From Octopus vulgaris (Eukaryota), in assembly GCA_951406725.2 (NCBI GenBank), contig OX597825.1, positions 15,004,001 to 15,068,000 of the forward strand: DNA of 64,000 bases. Reading direction: 5' to 3'. How positions within the stretch are numbered: position 1 is the stretch's first letter; each line of letters opens with the position of its first letter. Below the pieces are notes generated by a model. That model searched no databases. It was not told the origin of the DNA and worked only from the letters and a program-made list of their open reading frames with translations. This document shows positions 12,593-25,891 of the stretch, in pieces. The position numbers and the translations under genes were made by a program.

Positions 12593-13217
12593 TAGGTAGA
12601 GGCCTTGGAATATCTCAAGAACGTCGGAGAAATACTTTCTTTCTACTTCATAATTTCTGACTTCACAAACCACTGGAGTCAACTCTACTCTTCTATTCTT
12701 CACTCCATGATCGATATAATAGATTACAAATGAAGACACGAGGCCAATGGTAGCGACTAAACCCCTGTTCTCAAAATCGCTGGTCTTCTGCCCCAATTAT
12801 CATCATCGGAATCTTCATAATTAATATCACTTTTATTATAGAACACATTGTAAGAATTAATTATTTCGTCACATCAACCCCGACTCTTGTGTACGATACT
12901 CACTTGTAACTAAACCGTGATTTATAATTCAAGTTTAGTTTTGCTGTTCACAGCTTTTTAATCAATATTCTTGAGTCATGATGCTAATCTTACCTACAGG
13001 AACCAAACCGAAATAGAATTTATTTATTCCTATCAGATTTATATATTTCGGATATTAGTAGCAGCCTAGGGAATGTTTAGTATTGTATGTAACACGTTAC
13101 ACAAGTTTATTGATGCAGACAAGACAAGAAAGAAAATATTGTGTAAAATTGCACATCGTAGTAGAAATAATAGATTATACGTCACGAAAAACACGACTTT
13201 CATTAAAATGTATGACT

Positions 13218-13552
13218 TTATACGGTAAGGAAGACTTGGGTACTATAGGCCTGAATGTGAATCAAAGGTCCCCACGAGTCGAATTCACAATATTTACGGG
13301 ATATTATACGGTAAGGAAGACTGGGGTACTATAAGCCTGGTACTTATAGTACTGGGGTACTATAAGCCTGGTACTTACAGTACTGGGGTACTATAAGCCT
13401 GAATGTGAATCAAAAGTTCCCACGAGTCGAAATCACAATATTTACGGGAAATTTACGGGAGATTATACGGTAAGGAAGACTGGGGTACTATAAGCCTGAA
13501 TGTGAATCAAAGGTCCCCACGAGTCGAATTCACAATATTTACGGGAGATTAT
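13218..13552. repeat. Tandem repeat, three copies of a unit of about 86 bp; the middle copy has internal 30-bp and 10-bp duplications
   Basis: ttatacggtaaggaagact-gggtactata-gcctgaatgtgaatcaaa..cacgagtcga..cacaatatttacggg starts near 13218, 13304 and 13463. Confidence 0.95.
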
Positions 13553-13794
13553 GTTGCTTCACAGTCCTAGGATCAAATTATGAAGTTCATGGACTTATCA
13601 TTAGTACCATAGCCAATGGCGATAATCAGGTGTTGCCATCCCTGCAACAGCGTAACTAATATATCTCGACTATCAAATCTTTGTCGTCCAAACCTCTTGA
13701 AGCTCTCTTAGTATTTATTCGTATTTCCTCCAGGTCTTTTCCTTTTTTTTTTTTTTTGCTCGCTGACACAGAAAATATAATTATTATTAGCATT

Positions 13795-13995
13795 ACCAAA
13801 GCAGCAAGCGAGCAGAATTATTGGCACGCCGTACAAAACATTTATCAGTATTTCGTCCGTTATGTATACAAATTCCGACGACATCAACTTAGCTTTTATC
13901 CTCTCAGTGTCTATAAACTAAGTAGCAGTCAAGTACTGGGGTTGATATAATCGACTTACACTATCACCTGTAATTGCCGGCATTGTGCCAAAGCA
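13795..13995 (+). mobile_element. Old, diverged family A SINE
   Basis: gcagaattattggcacgccg..aaattccgacg..gcttttatcctctcagtgtctataaactaagtagcagt..ggggttgatataatcgactta. Confidence 0.7.
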
Positions 13996-14004
13996 AAGCT
14001 GGAA

Positions 14005-14054
<50 letters not shown>

Positions 14055-14118
14055 CACTATTACTATACTACTACTACTACATCTAATACCACCACAACAC
14101 TACTACTACTACTACTAC
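14005..14118. repeat. (TAC)n microsatellite
   Basis: Seen directly. Confidence 0.95.
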
Positions 14119-14368
14119 AATAACAATGATAGCAAGAATATCTAGGAAAGGGAAGACGAATTTGACATAGGAAAGAAAAACACCACTCACAAATCAACAA
14201 CGTCATACCAGATCATTAATAATATCTCTTGTACCATCCCATAAGCCATCATTACAAGCATATCCCAGGTCACACACACGACCCTTACATCTCATATCCC
14301 AATACCGGGAAAATTTACTCATCATTAACTACGCAGCAATAAAGACTAAATAGAGAGAACTTATTCAA

Positions 14369-14411
<43 letters not shown>

Positions 14412-14669
14412 ATACAGGCGTCTCACACACGCAGACACGAAGAAATAACATACCAACACACATAAACTCATCTTAACAACAAAAGACACATCGCCATTAA
14501 ATTTACATACCATGAAGGAATCGGGTCTTTCAGCAGAAATATTAGCAGACTATGAAAAACCGTTCGCGGGATCATCCACATACAACCATGGGCACAAACC
14601 AACCATCCCCACCCGCTCCACAAATTCACTGTTAGCAACCTACTCACAGGCAGGCAAATGGAGTGACAG

Positions 14670-14693
14670 ATACAGAGACAGATAGACAGATAT

Positions 14694-14771
<78 letters not shown>
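14670..14771. repeat. (GATA)n microsatellite
   Basis: Seen directly. Confidence 0.95.
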
Positions 14772-14879
14772 CATCTTTCTCGTTAATATTCCCACATTAG
14801 GAATTTGGTAATGTTATGACTTCTACATTTGTTTCTAAAATTTTATTGCTTATTTTATTCAGATTCATAACAAAAAAGT

Positions 14880-15320
14880 TAATAATCAAGATATTTTGCA
14901 GGATATTTCGAACCATTTCCATCATACTGTGAACATGAATTTTCAGCAAATCTGACATTTGTAATTTGGGTGCTTCTTTCCAAACTACAAGAAATAAAAC
15001 ATCCTTGAAAGGAAATTTGACTTAATGATCTGCTATGAATTTTCAATGTGACTTCAATTACGGCAGATGTCGATGTCAAAATAATATCCGGAATTAATGG
15101 CGTTGGTGAAACCCTTTGACTAATCTTGCAGAAGGAGATGCATCATTATCACGTTCATTGATATTTCGGCATTATGCGATTGAGGGCCTGATATGTAAAG
15201 GGACTGAGGTCCTTTTATAAAAGGCCCTCCTCTATAATATTATGTAATGATATTTGCTATGCGGTGACATTTATTATGCAGTTGCATAAAAACCCACACA
15301 TCCAGATTCACTTGTCAGTT
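14880..15320 (-). pseudogene. Mutator-like (MULE) transposase catalytic-domain relic
   Basis: Frame-shifted minus peptides FYATA, YRGGPFIKGPQSLY..SH..MHLLLQD*SK and LIPDIILT..AVI..QGCF line up in order with MULE motifs IFAT, YxDGTFKxxP, VYALLPDK and PxxIxTDFExA..GCxFH. Confidence 0.55.
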
Positions 15321-15992
15321 GCTGTCAACTTTCTATATCTCTTTAAATTGATTTTCGAAGATATATGCAATGTCCATCTTATTACCTTCATTCTCTTACT
15401 AAAAGAGATATTTAAGATTGATATTTTAAAGGCACTGCAAGTTCATCTTAATTTCATGATTTAAATATATCAGAAAATGAATTGAGTATCAAAATACTTT
15501 TTGAAACTTGACACATAAAGATCTTCACTTTTACACATGCATTCATGTTTTTTTTGTTTACTCAATCTGAAAATATATATAATTTTTTCCCATTGATTAC
15601 GTGAACATGTGAGGCAAATGAAGCATTAGTTTATGATAATGCTTTTTCTCTAACTAGTATTTAATTTCAGAACGAGACGTATTCAGTTCTCCGTTTTATT
15701 ACGCATTTTCAACTTGATTTATTCCCTTAAGTGTCATAAAAAGAGGTGCGTCATATTCATTTCATGCAGAGGTCATCTGAGTACTCACAAAAATTTGAGC
15801 CATCAAACAAGGCAATTCATTGCATCATGCCGCGCATCACTTCGTCGAGGTTAAAGTGTCCATGTATTTATAATGACAACATTCCATTCTATCTTACTTT
15901 AGTACATCTTTTTTTTTATCTCTCTCTCTCTCACACACACACACACACGCACACACACAAACACAGACACACACACACACCTACACACACCT

Positions 15993-16028
<36 letters not shown>

Positions 16029-16316
16029 CGATACCGGCACCAAGTTGACCATCAATACTTGTCCAGATCTAGTTGAGGCAAGACGTTATTATTGTAGTAG
16101 TTATTATTGTAGTACTACTGTAGTAGTTTTGTGACTATTCGGTGGCACATAAGCATTTTTCATTTCTCTTTTTAGCAATGTAGGTGCTCATGTAGTGCCC
16201 TTGTGAATGTCTGTGAATATCTAATTCTGTATGTATATATTTCACTAATTTGCCTCAACGGCTGATAATTCGCTTGCCACTCGTGACAGTATTTAGATAG
16301 TGTCATCCCTATATTG

Positions 16317-16347
<31 letters not shown>

Positions 16348-16406
16348 GGGGATGATCCGGTCCTTGACTGATGTTTTTTGCATCGTCTTCTAAATGTTTT
16401 GTCTTT

Positions 16407-16452
<46 letters not shown>

Positions 16453-16579
16453 TGAGGAAGAATGTGATATCTCATTCGTCTGTTTGAATTCGGAAGTACT
16501 GGTCTTTGAATATATGCTATTCGATGGCGTTTCGTCGAGCACGTATGTTAATTATCAGTGTTCTCAAAATATATACAAG

Positions 16580-16693
16580 GAACTTCTTTCAGTTTCCGTC
16601 TAACAAATACCCTCACAATGCTTTGGTGAGCCTGAACCCGGAACAATGTGGTAAGGAAGCAAGCTTCTTATCACATAGCCACGCCTGCGCCCA
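16580..16693 (-). mobile_element. Internally deleted 5' part of family D SINE
   Basis: cttctttcagtttccgtcta..ctgaacccggaacaatgtgg..cacatagccacgcctgcgcc matches 10753-10908. Confidence 0.8.
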
Positions 16694-17439
16694 TAGTCTG
16701 TTGGTTTAATTTACAAAAGTTGAGTGCCTTTAATCTCTTACTTCACTATAACATACAATTTATGCTAAATTTGATGAAGGTTCTAAAAAAAGAAACAAGG
16801 CTTTTATTTCTGCAACAACAGAAGGTACTTTATTACACTCACCGAATTACTTGCAATGCATAGAGGTTTGTATCTTAAAGGCATATGCATGAGAGAATTT
16901 CTAAGGACCAAGTGAGCCTGAACCAACACTTATTCATAATTTAATATACATTTTATCGTAGACATATTTGATCTTATTTATGAGCACATAGATTGCTTTT
17001 ACACTGGATATACAAGGAGAAACTGAGCAAATTAAATACTATGAAGGTTGGCACTTGGAAAATTACATAGAAAAGAAGCGGAATCAATCGATGGCGCTAG
17101 TTTTCCTTTGGGTAATTTTCGAAGGAGTGTGGCGATTGGTTGTTTAGCTTAAGGTCACAGGCTTTGATCAACTTCGTTTCTAATCAAATCATTCTGTGCT
17201 CACCCATCCCGTATATCCATCACACGTACTCAATCCAGTCTGATTATTCGAAAGCATCGTTCCACGTATTAAATTTGTAGAAACGTAGATATACATAAAC
17301 ATGAGTGTAGGTACATATATACACATAGACACATAGAGACGCAGACATACACAATCGCAGACACACACACATACATATATGTATATACATATATATAAAC
17401 ACACACACATATATAAATATAATATATAGATAGAAATAT

Positions 17440-17912
<473 letters not shown>

Positions 17913-17949
17913 GTGTGAGTGTATCTTTGTTATGTATATATTTGTACGT

Positions 17950-18200
17950 ATGTTATGCACAATAGGATTTGGATGTTGAAAACACGGGGAATTATTCCCG
18001 CGTAATTTTTGCACAGCCTTGTGGTTTGTGCTTCACTATCCTTGAGTAAGAACTGGCATCCATAATTTCATTGTTGAGAAATCGCTGGAGACTGAAGCAC
18101 ACACTTTATCATGGCATCAGGTATAAATCCTTTTAGGCTGCTTTTGCCGTTACTAATTAAATGCTACGTCTTCATCGACCACACCAAAATGTCAAAAGCT
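17950..18200 (-). pseudogene. Possible Tc1-family transposase relic
   Basis: Minus peptides NEIMDASSYSRIV and FQHPNPIVH resemble Tc1 MNAxxYxxIL and FQQDNAPxH in the correct order. Confidence 0.35.
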
Positions 18201-18486
18201 GTTGATTCCGAAGATTGAAAATGTTTCTCTCTGGAGACTTGTTTTTGATTGATTGAATGTCAGACGTTATAATGAACCGCAGCGTGTTTGTTCCCGACCA
18301 GTCTTTGGACACTTGTTTGCCAAATATTTGTGATAGCATATGGGGCCCTTTCACGTCGTGATGTAATGTATATGTAAAGTATACTCATTAGTATGTCCTT
18401 CTTATTTGCCCTTTCACGTTTTGTTTTCGTTTCTCTCTCTCTTTTACTCTCTCTTTCTCTCTCACTCACTCTGTATTTCTCTCTCT

Positions 18487-18558
<72 letters not shown>

Positions 18559-18602
18559 TAGTCTCTAAAACACGCACTTTAAAGCATTCCTCTAAATATA
18601 TG

Positions 18603-18643
<41 letters not shown>

Positions 18644-18770
18644 CATCATCGTCGATCCATCTGCTTCTTTTCCGCTGGGAAACACTTCTAATGATTCGTT
18701 ATCATTGTTCTTATTGTTTAACCCGGATCAGCTCTGAGTGAGCAGGTTTATGGTCTTACACAGTCAAGCC

Positions 18771-18940
18771 TAGGCGCAGCCGTAGCTGTGTGTGTTAATA
18801 AGTTTGCTTCCAAACAACATGGTTCTGGGTTCATACCGACTAAGTGGCACCTTCGAAGAGGGCCTTCTACTATAGACGTGGGACGGTCAAAGCCTTGTAT
18901 GTGGACTTGTTGGACGGAAACTGAAAGAAGCCCGTTGTGT
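18771..18940 (+). mobile_element. 5' part of family D SINE
   Basis: taggcgcagccgtagctgtgtg..ggttctgggttcatacc..gacggaaactgaaagaagcccg. Confidence 0.8.
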
Positions 18941-19186
18941 ACATAAATACATGCATATAACGTTGCGTGGACAGGAGAAGCTGGTATGCATTTCGGCGCT
19001 TATAAGATCACAGATGTTTTTCTAATATGTATAAACTATTTAATCTATACAATATATTTAATCTGCCGCATACACTTACACGTTTTTGATCGATACTCGG
19101 CTACTGTGAAATTTTTACTCAATGTGTGTATACCCACACACAACACACACACATAAGCACACATACGCACACGGACACACACTCAT

Positions 19187-19187
19187 G

Positions 19188-19227
<40 letters not shown>

Positions 19228-19294
19228 CCGACACAAACGTAGATAGAGATAGATAGACAGACACAGAGATAGATAAATAGATAGATAGATAGAC

Positions 19295-19361
<67 letters not shown>

Positions 19362-19410
19362 CAGACACAAACGCAGATAGAGATAGATAGACAGACACAG
19401 AGATAGATAA

Positions 19411-19481
<71 letters not shown>
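19187..19481. repeat. Compound (GATA)n microsatellite with a duplicated internal gacacaaacg motif
   Basis: Seen directly. Confidence 0.95.
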
Positions 19482-19624
19482 TTCCAGCGTTCATGAAATT
19501 ATTATTATAAGCCCCATCAAGGGGCAGGGTAGTATGAACTCCAAGTATTGCAATGTTCATTCTTCTGAACTTTTCCAAATGTTCAAGAGATATATTTGTT
19601 CGTGTTATTGTATTTTTAAAATAA

Positions 19625-19682
<58 letters not shown>

Positions 19683-20142
19683 ATTATTATTTTGTCTTGG
19701 TATAATTCAAGGAATTTCGTCATTCTAACCGAGAACATTCCATACTGAGAATGTCAGATGCATATTTGTGTGTGTGTGTGTTATGTGTGTGTATATGTGT
19801 GCGTGTGCGAGCGCTCATTCTGCGTATACATAGGGAGAGTGTGTTTGTGTGCCTATTCGACCGGTTAGAGAGTTGCACTCATTACTGCGACATCGTTGGC
19901 TTCAGTTCCAGTATTCGGAGATGGTTGTGAGTAAAACGCCTCGGGTCACGTTGCTCCGCGATCACCTCGACCCATGTCATATGGTACACCGTACAGTTTT
20001 TTTTATGGAAACATCGATTTAATGAACTAAATGAGCTAATGCACAGCACGCATTTAATCACTACGAACAAATGAAATATCTATGCTATTGAACAACCTAC
20101 TAAGATATATATGTGAGTATGTGTGTATGTGTGTGTATGCAG

Positions 20143-20189
<47 letters not shown>

Positions 20190-20659
20190 CATATGTGTGT
20201 GTCTGTGTGTCGATATATATATATATATATATATATGGTGGAATATTTCATTCGGGAGGGGCGTACTGCCCCGATGATTTTAGCCTGGTCTCTGAGTATA
20301 TAATGATCAATACGTGATGAAGTTTTAAAATAGAAACAGTTCTCTACTTCAACATGCTTTGACATGATTTGTTCATTTGTTTTTTGAGATGGAGAACATG
20401 ACACAGAGAGTCTGTAACTGCTTCATTGCTTGTAGAAATGTCATCAATTAATAAAATACATTTGCAACTCTGTATTAAACCATTGCAATGGAAAAGACTG
20501 ACTTCCATTGGCCTATACGTCCAACGTTTATCAAAGAATTAAATTATGTAACCACGTATATATCTGTGTAGATATGTGTATTCGTCTGCGCATGTGTGGG
20601 AGTTGGTTAGTGATTGTGTTCATGTATATATGCATGTACATATGTATGTATATATGTAT

Positions 20660-21542
20660 TAGGGCATCCCATAAATAATGCGGTTTTCTTATACTTTTAT
20701 TTTTCAAAATTAAGATACCCAAATTTCTTTTTTAATCTAAAATATACTATGCTTCATTTTGTACAATGATCTTCCATATATCTGGTAGACTTGCAAGACC
20801 CCTCTTCTAAAATTCACTTGTCCCTGACGATAAATACTCCTCCTTTACTGTTCTGACCTCGTATACAGAATTCATATTTTTTCCATCCAAATGATTTTGA
20901 AAACTGTAGAATGAATGATAATCAGATGGGGCAATGTCTGGCGAATATGGTGGGAGGGGAATAATTTCCAGATCACACTGCTTCAGCCGTTCAAATTCCA
21001 TCCTCACTGTATGTGGCCGAGCATTATCCTGATGGAAGACAATATTCCGTGTTGAAAACCAAGATGGTTGTTTTTCTTCTAGCGCTGACTTAAGCCGCTC
21101 AAGCTGCTCGCAGTAGATCTCCTTTGTTATTGCTTGGTTCAACTTTTCCTATCCCACCAAACACATAAGAACATCTTACGTGGATGAAGACCTTATTTAG
21201 CCTGAGATGCCAGTGTTTCTCCCTTCCTTTCCTTTCCGGCTTCGAAATTCTCACAGGGATTTAGTCGGCCCGAAACCATAGTAGGATACACTTCTCCAAG
21301 ATGCCCTGCAATGGGACTGAATCCGGAACCATGTGATGGAAGCAAACCACACAGCCACACAACTTACACAGTTTATTGCATTGAATCGTCAAGATATGTG
21401 TGCATGCAACCGATGTACCCACTTGGACATCTCCTGATGTTTCTAATAAAGTTTTCAGTCCCAATAAACTCTGCGGCATTATCCATAACTCTTACATTTT
21501 TCTCAATGTTTAAAATTGTAAAATTAATTTATGGACACCCTA
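20660..21542 (-). mobile_element. Internally deleted mariner (DD34D) carrying a family D SINE fragment at about 21250-21360
   Basis: FHQDNARPH..PPYSPDIAPSDY with 34 residues between the last two catalytic D; imperfect TIRs tagggcatcccataaat / atttatggacacccta. Confidence 0.9.
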
Positions 21543-23050
21543 TTTAGAAAAAAAACAATCTGTTATATACGTATCTCAAAACTGCTGTCTTTCTGTGCCC
21601 TCATACTCGTCTTTAATACCAATATTCTTTATTAACATTAATACTTTTGGAAATTATATATTTGTACTGGTTATTCTTGTCCCTTTTCCAGTTTGTGGTA
21701 CTGTAAGTGTCCGTTTTCTTCTATTTCTTTTATTTGACATGGTAAATTTAATTTGAGGGAATGCTTGTCAGCAGGTGAAAAGATATTAATAGTTTTGCAA
21801 TTTTTTTTTTTCCTTTTGTTTTACTTTCGATTAAGATGTTTCTCTGGCATTTCTAAATATAAATTCTTTCAAACTTTTCAGAAATGCTTTCAAAACACCA
21901 AATGCAAATGAATTAACGATTGTTTCCCTCGTCATATTATAAACATCCATTTCGATATATTTTCTTTATTAATAACCCCTAGCTCATTTCTAATTCATGC
22001 CGTTTTGACTTAACCTGTTACGTACGCCATATGAGAGAAAGCAAATATTAAAATTCGTTTCTAAATGGATACAACTGAATATAAATAGAATTATACCTTG
22101 TTTCCGAGCAATAGTTCCTTGCAGAATAATGAATAAATCAATTTCGACAAGATTTTTTTTTCTGAATTACACTTGAAGTGAACTTCGCGTAAAATAAATT
22201 TCAAAAATTTCATTAGCTGCATTTTTTGGATGAGAGAACTTTACCAGTTTATATTTCATTCTGACACACACTTTATATTTCATTTTCTTAAACAAAAACT
22301 ATGTTGTACTATCATCGGCCGGTTTTCGATTCATTTTTATTTAAATGATACACGGATTTAATCTGCTATTAATATTTTCAATTCACGGTTCTTAATTATT
22401 TTTAGGGAAGTACATTTTCCCTAGCGCCATTGGCCAGCACTATGTGATACACAAAAAGGAATCCGACCGAAAAAAGGGGGTCAAGATGCTATAATTATCC
22501 CATATTTCTCCTTCAAACTGCATCTTATTTTAGATTCTTGTTTTATTATTTTTTTTACATTGTTCAATGTAATTAAATGCGATGGGTCAGTTCAAAACGA
22601 CTTTGATTGCTTACTTGATCGATCGCTCCAGAATTGGTAATCGAAAACAGCAACAACAATCAAAAGACCAACAACAACTGTAGCGTGCATATTGGTTTTA
22701 GTCACAAATGTCACTCATCTTGTTGTCTACATCTGTATCGTAAATTCTGCTACTTGTTATCCACGCTCGCACACACAGGCAGATGCTATAGCATTGTCTC
22801 CGCGTAACAGAGGTTATCAGGACGGCCATATAATCGCTTTCACATAAAAATAAACAATAATCCCTACATTACATTACGTTATGCCAAACCTGAATAAGAT
22901 AACATTATACACGTATGAATACAATATATTAGAACAATGTTCAAATTCAAAATTTCTTCAACTTTCGGCAGTGCTCCATATGTAGTGTACAGTATCCCTA
23001 ATTAAAATAATACGATATCGTTTAGTTTATATCACTGCACATGTACATGT

Positions 23051-23392
23051 GAAGGCGCGTGGCTCAGTGGTTAGAGGGTCGATCTTACGATCGTGAGGTT
23101 CTGAGTTCGAATCCCGGACCGGGCTGCGTGTTGTCTTCTTGAGCAAGACGCTTTATTTCACGTTCCTGCAGTTGACTCAGCTGCAGAAATGAGTTGCGAC
23201 GTCACAGGTGCCAAGATGTATCGGCCCTTGTCTTTCCCTTGCATAACACTGGTGACGTGGAGAGGGGAGGCCAGTATGCAGAGCGACTGCTGGTCTTCCA
23301 TAAAAAAAAAACAACCTTGCCCAGACTTGTGCCTCAGAGGGTAACTCTCTTGGTGCAAGCCCATGGTCAGTGTCTGACCGAATGGAGTCACA
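23051..23392 (+). mobile_element. tRNA-derived SINE (family C head, different 3' part) with probable TSD
   Basis: A box tggctcagtgg and B box gttcgaatc; central ttgagcaagacgcttt; acatgtacatgt on both flanks. Confidence 0.88.
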
Positions 23393-24092
23393 ATAACATG
23401 TACATGTATCTGAATTGTGTTGGTATATGTACCTCTTATTGATCAGATCTTTCGGCATATAAATGAGATTTATATTTCACTGGCGCGTCTCCAATACGAA
23501 AAATACACACTGTTCCAATGGCCCTTAAAACGGGAAAAGGATTGCTGATATTTCTTTCATTTGTATATCGACACATTGTAGCAATCAAATATATATTATA
23601 TAAACCACAGTGGACACACATCTATTCTATTCAATATCTACTTGAGAATTCGAATCAGAGTAAATTAACTATTATAGAAACGTTTCCCAGTCGTCATTGT
23701 AAAAACGTGAATACAGTTGAAATCAACTAGATATAGATTTTTTCTTCTTTACAAACTGATTAAATCATCTCATAATTCAATCTTTCAGTATCTGAAAGAA
23801 TATTTTATTTGGTAAATTAAGTGAAAGAAAGACATTTATTATCGAAAATTCATTGAGAAAAATTGTATTGAATATAAAATTGTATTTGATATGTTCGTAT
23901 GAATATCATGTGACACTGAAATGGAGAACATATGTAGAACAATATATAAATATACACCTAGTCAACAATAATAAATAACATATTTAGAGAGAGTCTAGGT
24001 CATGAGTGTGAGTTCAACGGTTCAATTATTCTTATTCAAAGCACCTATATACATACATATATTGTAAATCTTTTCATATATATGCATACATA

Positions 24093-24443
24093 TGTGATAT
24101 ATATATAAAGGAAATGAAGAAAATGCTGACAAAATAATTTAAGTAAGGGAGAGTCTATTTAATTAGGTGAAAGTTCTTTTTACCGGTTGCGCATTTGTTA
24201 TGCTTATCAAAAGATATTTTTTTAAGAGAGATAGAGTTCCTTTCTGATAGATTTTTTTTCTCTTATAAGAGATAAGAGAAAAAAATCTATCAGAAAGGAA
24301 CACTATCTCTCTTAAAAAATATCTTTTGATAAGCATAACAAATGCGCAACCGGTAAAAAGAACTTTCACCTAATTAAATGGACTCTCCCTTACTTAAATT
24401 ATTTTGTCAGCATTCTCTTCATTTCCTTTTTTTATATATCACA
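24093..24443. repeat. About 350-bp near-perfect palindrome
   Basis: Arms of about 170 bp differ at only a few positions; axis ctctta|taagag at 24265/24266. Confidence 0.97.
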
Positions 24444-24535
24444 ACTCGTGTTCTACATCTCCTTTTTTAAATATATATATATATATATATATATATTGAT
24501 ATAGATATATACACATATGTATATGTATGCATACA

Positions 24536-24596
<61 letters not shown>

Positions 24597-24604
24597 CTAT
24601 GTAT

Positions 24605-24674
<70 letters not shown>

Positions 24675-24678
<4 letters not shown>

Positions 24679-24920
24679 TTGGTGTTATGCAAAAGTGTCG
24701 AAAGTCGAAGGCGTTGCTTGTTCAGAAAACGAAAAAATAGTTTCACCATTCCATGACAAAACCGTTGTACTATACTTTGATAATTTTTCATATTTTGGCA
24801 TCTGAAACAGCTGGAGATACGATAGTTTGACCAAAAGAACCGGCTATTGCGAGCAAAATTAAATAATAATACAAAAACGCACTTGGCCAGGTTTGGACAT
24901 ACGACAGTTTTACGTAACAG

Positions 24921-24927
<7 letters not shown>
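24675..24927. mobile_element. MITE-like element with imperfect TIRs inserted in (TA)n
   Basis: atcgttggtgttatgcaaaagtgtcg versus reverse complement of the right end, atcgatgctgttacgtaaaactgtcg; pure TA runs on both sides. Confidence 0.7.
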
Positions 24928-24961
<34 letters not shown>

Positions 24962-25844
24962 ATCAATCTCCCTCTAAGTATTGATAGAGAGATAAATAGA
25001 TGCACGTATGTATGTATTTAGCTATGAATGGATGTATGTTATGTATGAATGTGCGTGTATGTATGTGCGTGTGTGTCTGTGTGATTTGCATCGAGTCAAT
25101 ATATAAGCACATACATTCTAAGAACTTGACGTACTGATTGCGAAAGGCACTAAAATAGGTATATGATATAGATTAAAAACCTGATAAAACATCCTTGAAG
25201 AGTAACCTAAGGGACTATCCATCATAGACAGCAGAAGAATTCTACATGACTTTCTGGTCATGTTTATGAACAAGAGTAAAAAGTTGAAGAAAACCTGGGA
25301 AGTGTAGGGACTTTTTACAGTAACAGTGCTCACAAAAATCAAATATTATAGAGCATCTGGTTTGCAAGGCTATTCACATTCATTCAGGATATTATTCCAT
25401 TCTCTTATCCTACACTTGGAATTGAGATGAAGTAAAAAAGAAAAAAAAGAAACGTTAAAAAGCTATGTCTGAAATATTCTGTGTTCCTGTAGCGATCGCA
25501 ATTTACTTTATTAATAGTTAATTTCCCCCCAACGAGCACCTGTGCAGAGAAGTAAGGTGCCTGTTTTTCGAAAAACCTTTTTTTAAGCATTTTCTCTCGT
25601 GTTTATCTTGCACATAAATATCCATATTTAATAAGTTGTGTAGTTCTAATTGAAGGATATATCCGGCATGTTTATTATTTCCTCTAAAAAAGAAAATGAG
25701 CGAAAACGATATTGCTACGTGTATATGTTTGTGCATACGTATGTACGCGAGAGGTTGTATAGATATATAAATATTTATGACCATATGTACATGCATAAAT
25801 GTATCCAAGTATGTATATTTATGTGTGTGTATGTATATATATAT

Positions 25845-25891
<47 letters not shown>

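Noticed and set aside
13218-13552. CRISPR-like array
   Set aside because: No unique spacers, eukaryotic context and no cas genes
14879-15079. 66-aa ORF read as a CUB-domain exon
   Set aside because: Upstream frames continue with MULE motifs across stops and frameshifts; no clean splice pair
16520-16562. Hammerhead-like CTGATAA..CGAAAC, and similar motifs near 1700, 20315, 27590, 30113 and 36825
   Set aside because: Stems I-III do not pair convincingly
16843-16917. 75-nt open minus-strand exon candidate; also 3804-3906 and 48727-48764
   Set aside because: Weak acceptor or in-frame stop, no recognisable peptide; expected by chance
23051-23125. tRNA gene
   Set aside because: The A/B-box head continues into a repeated SINE body and lacks a proper acceptor stem
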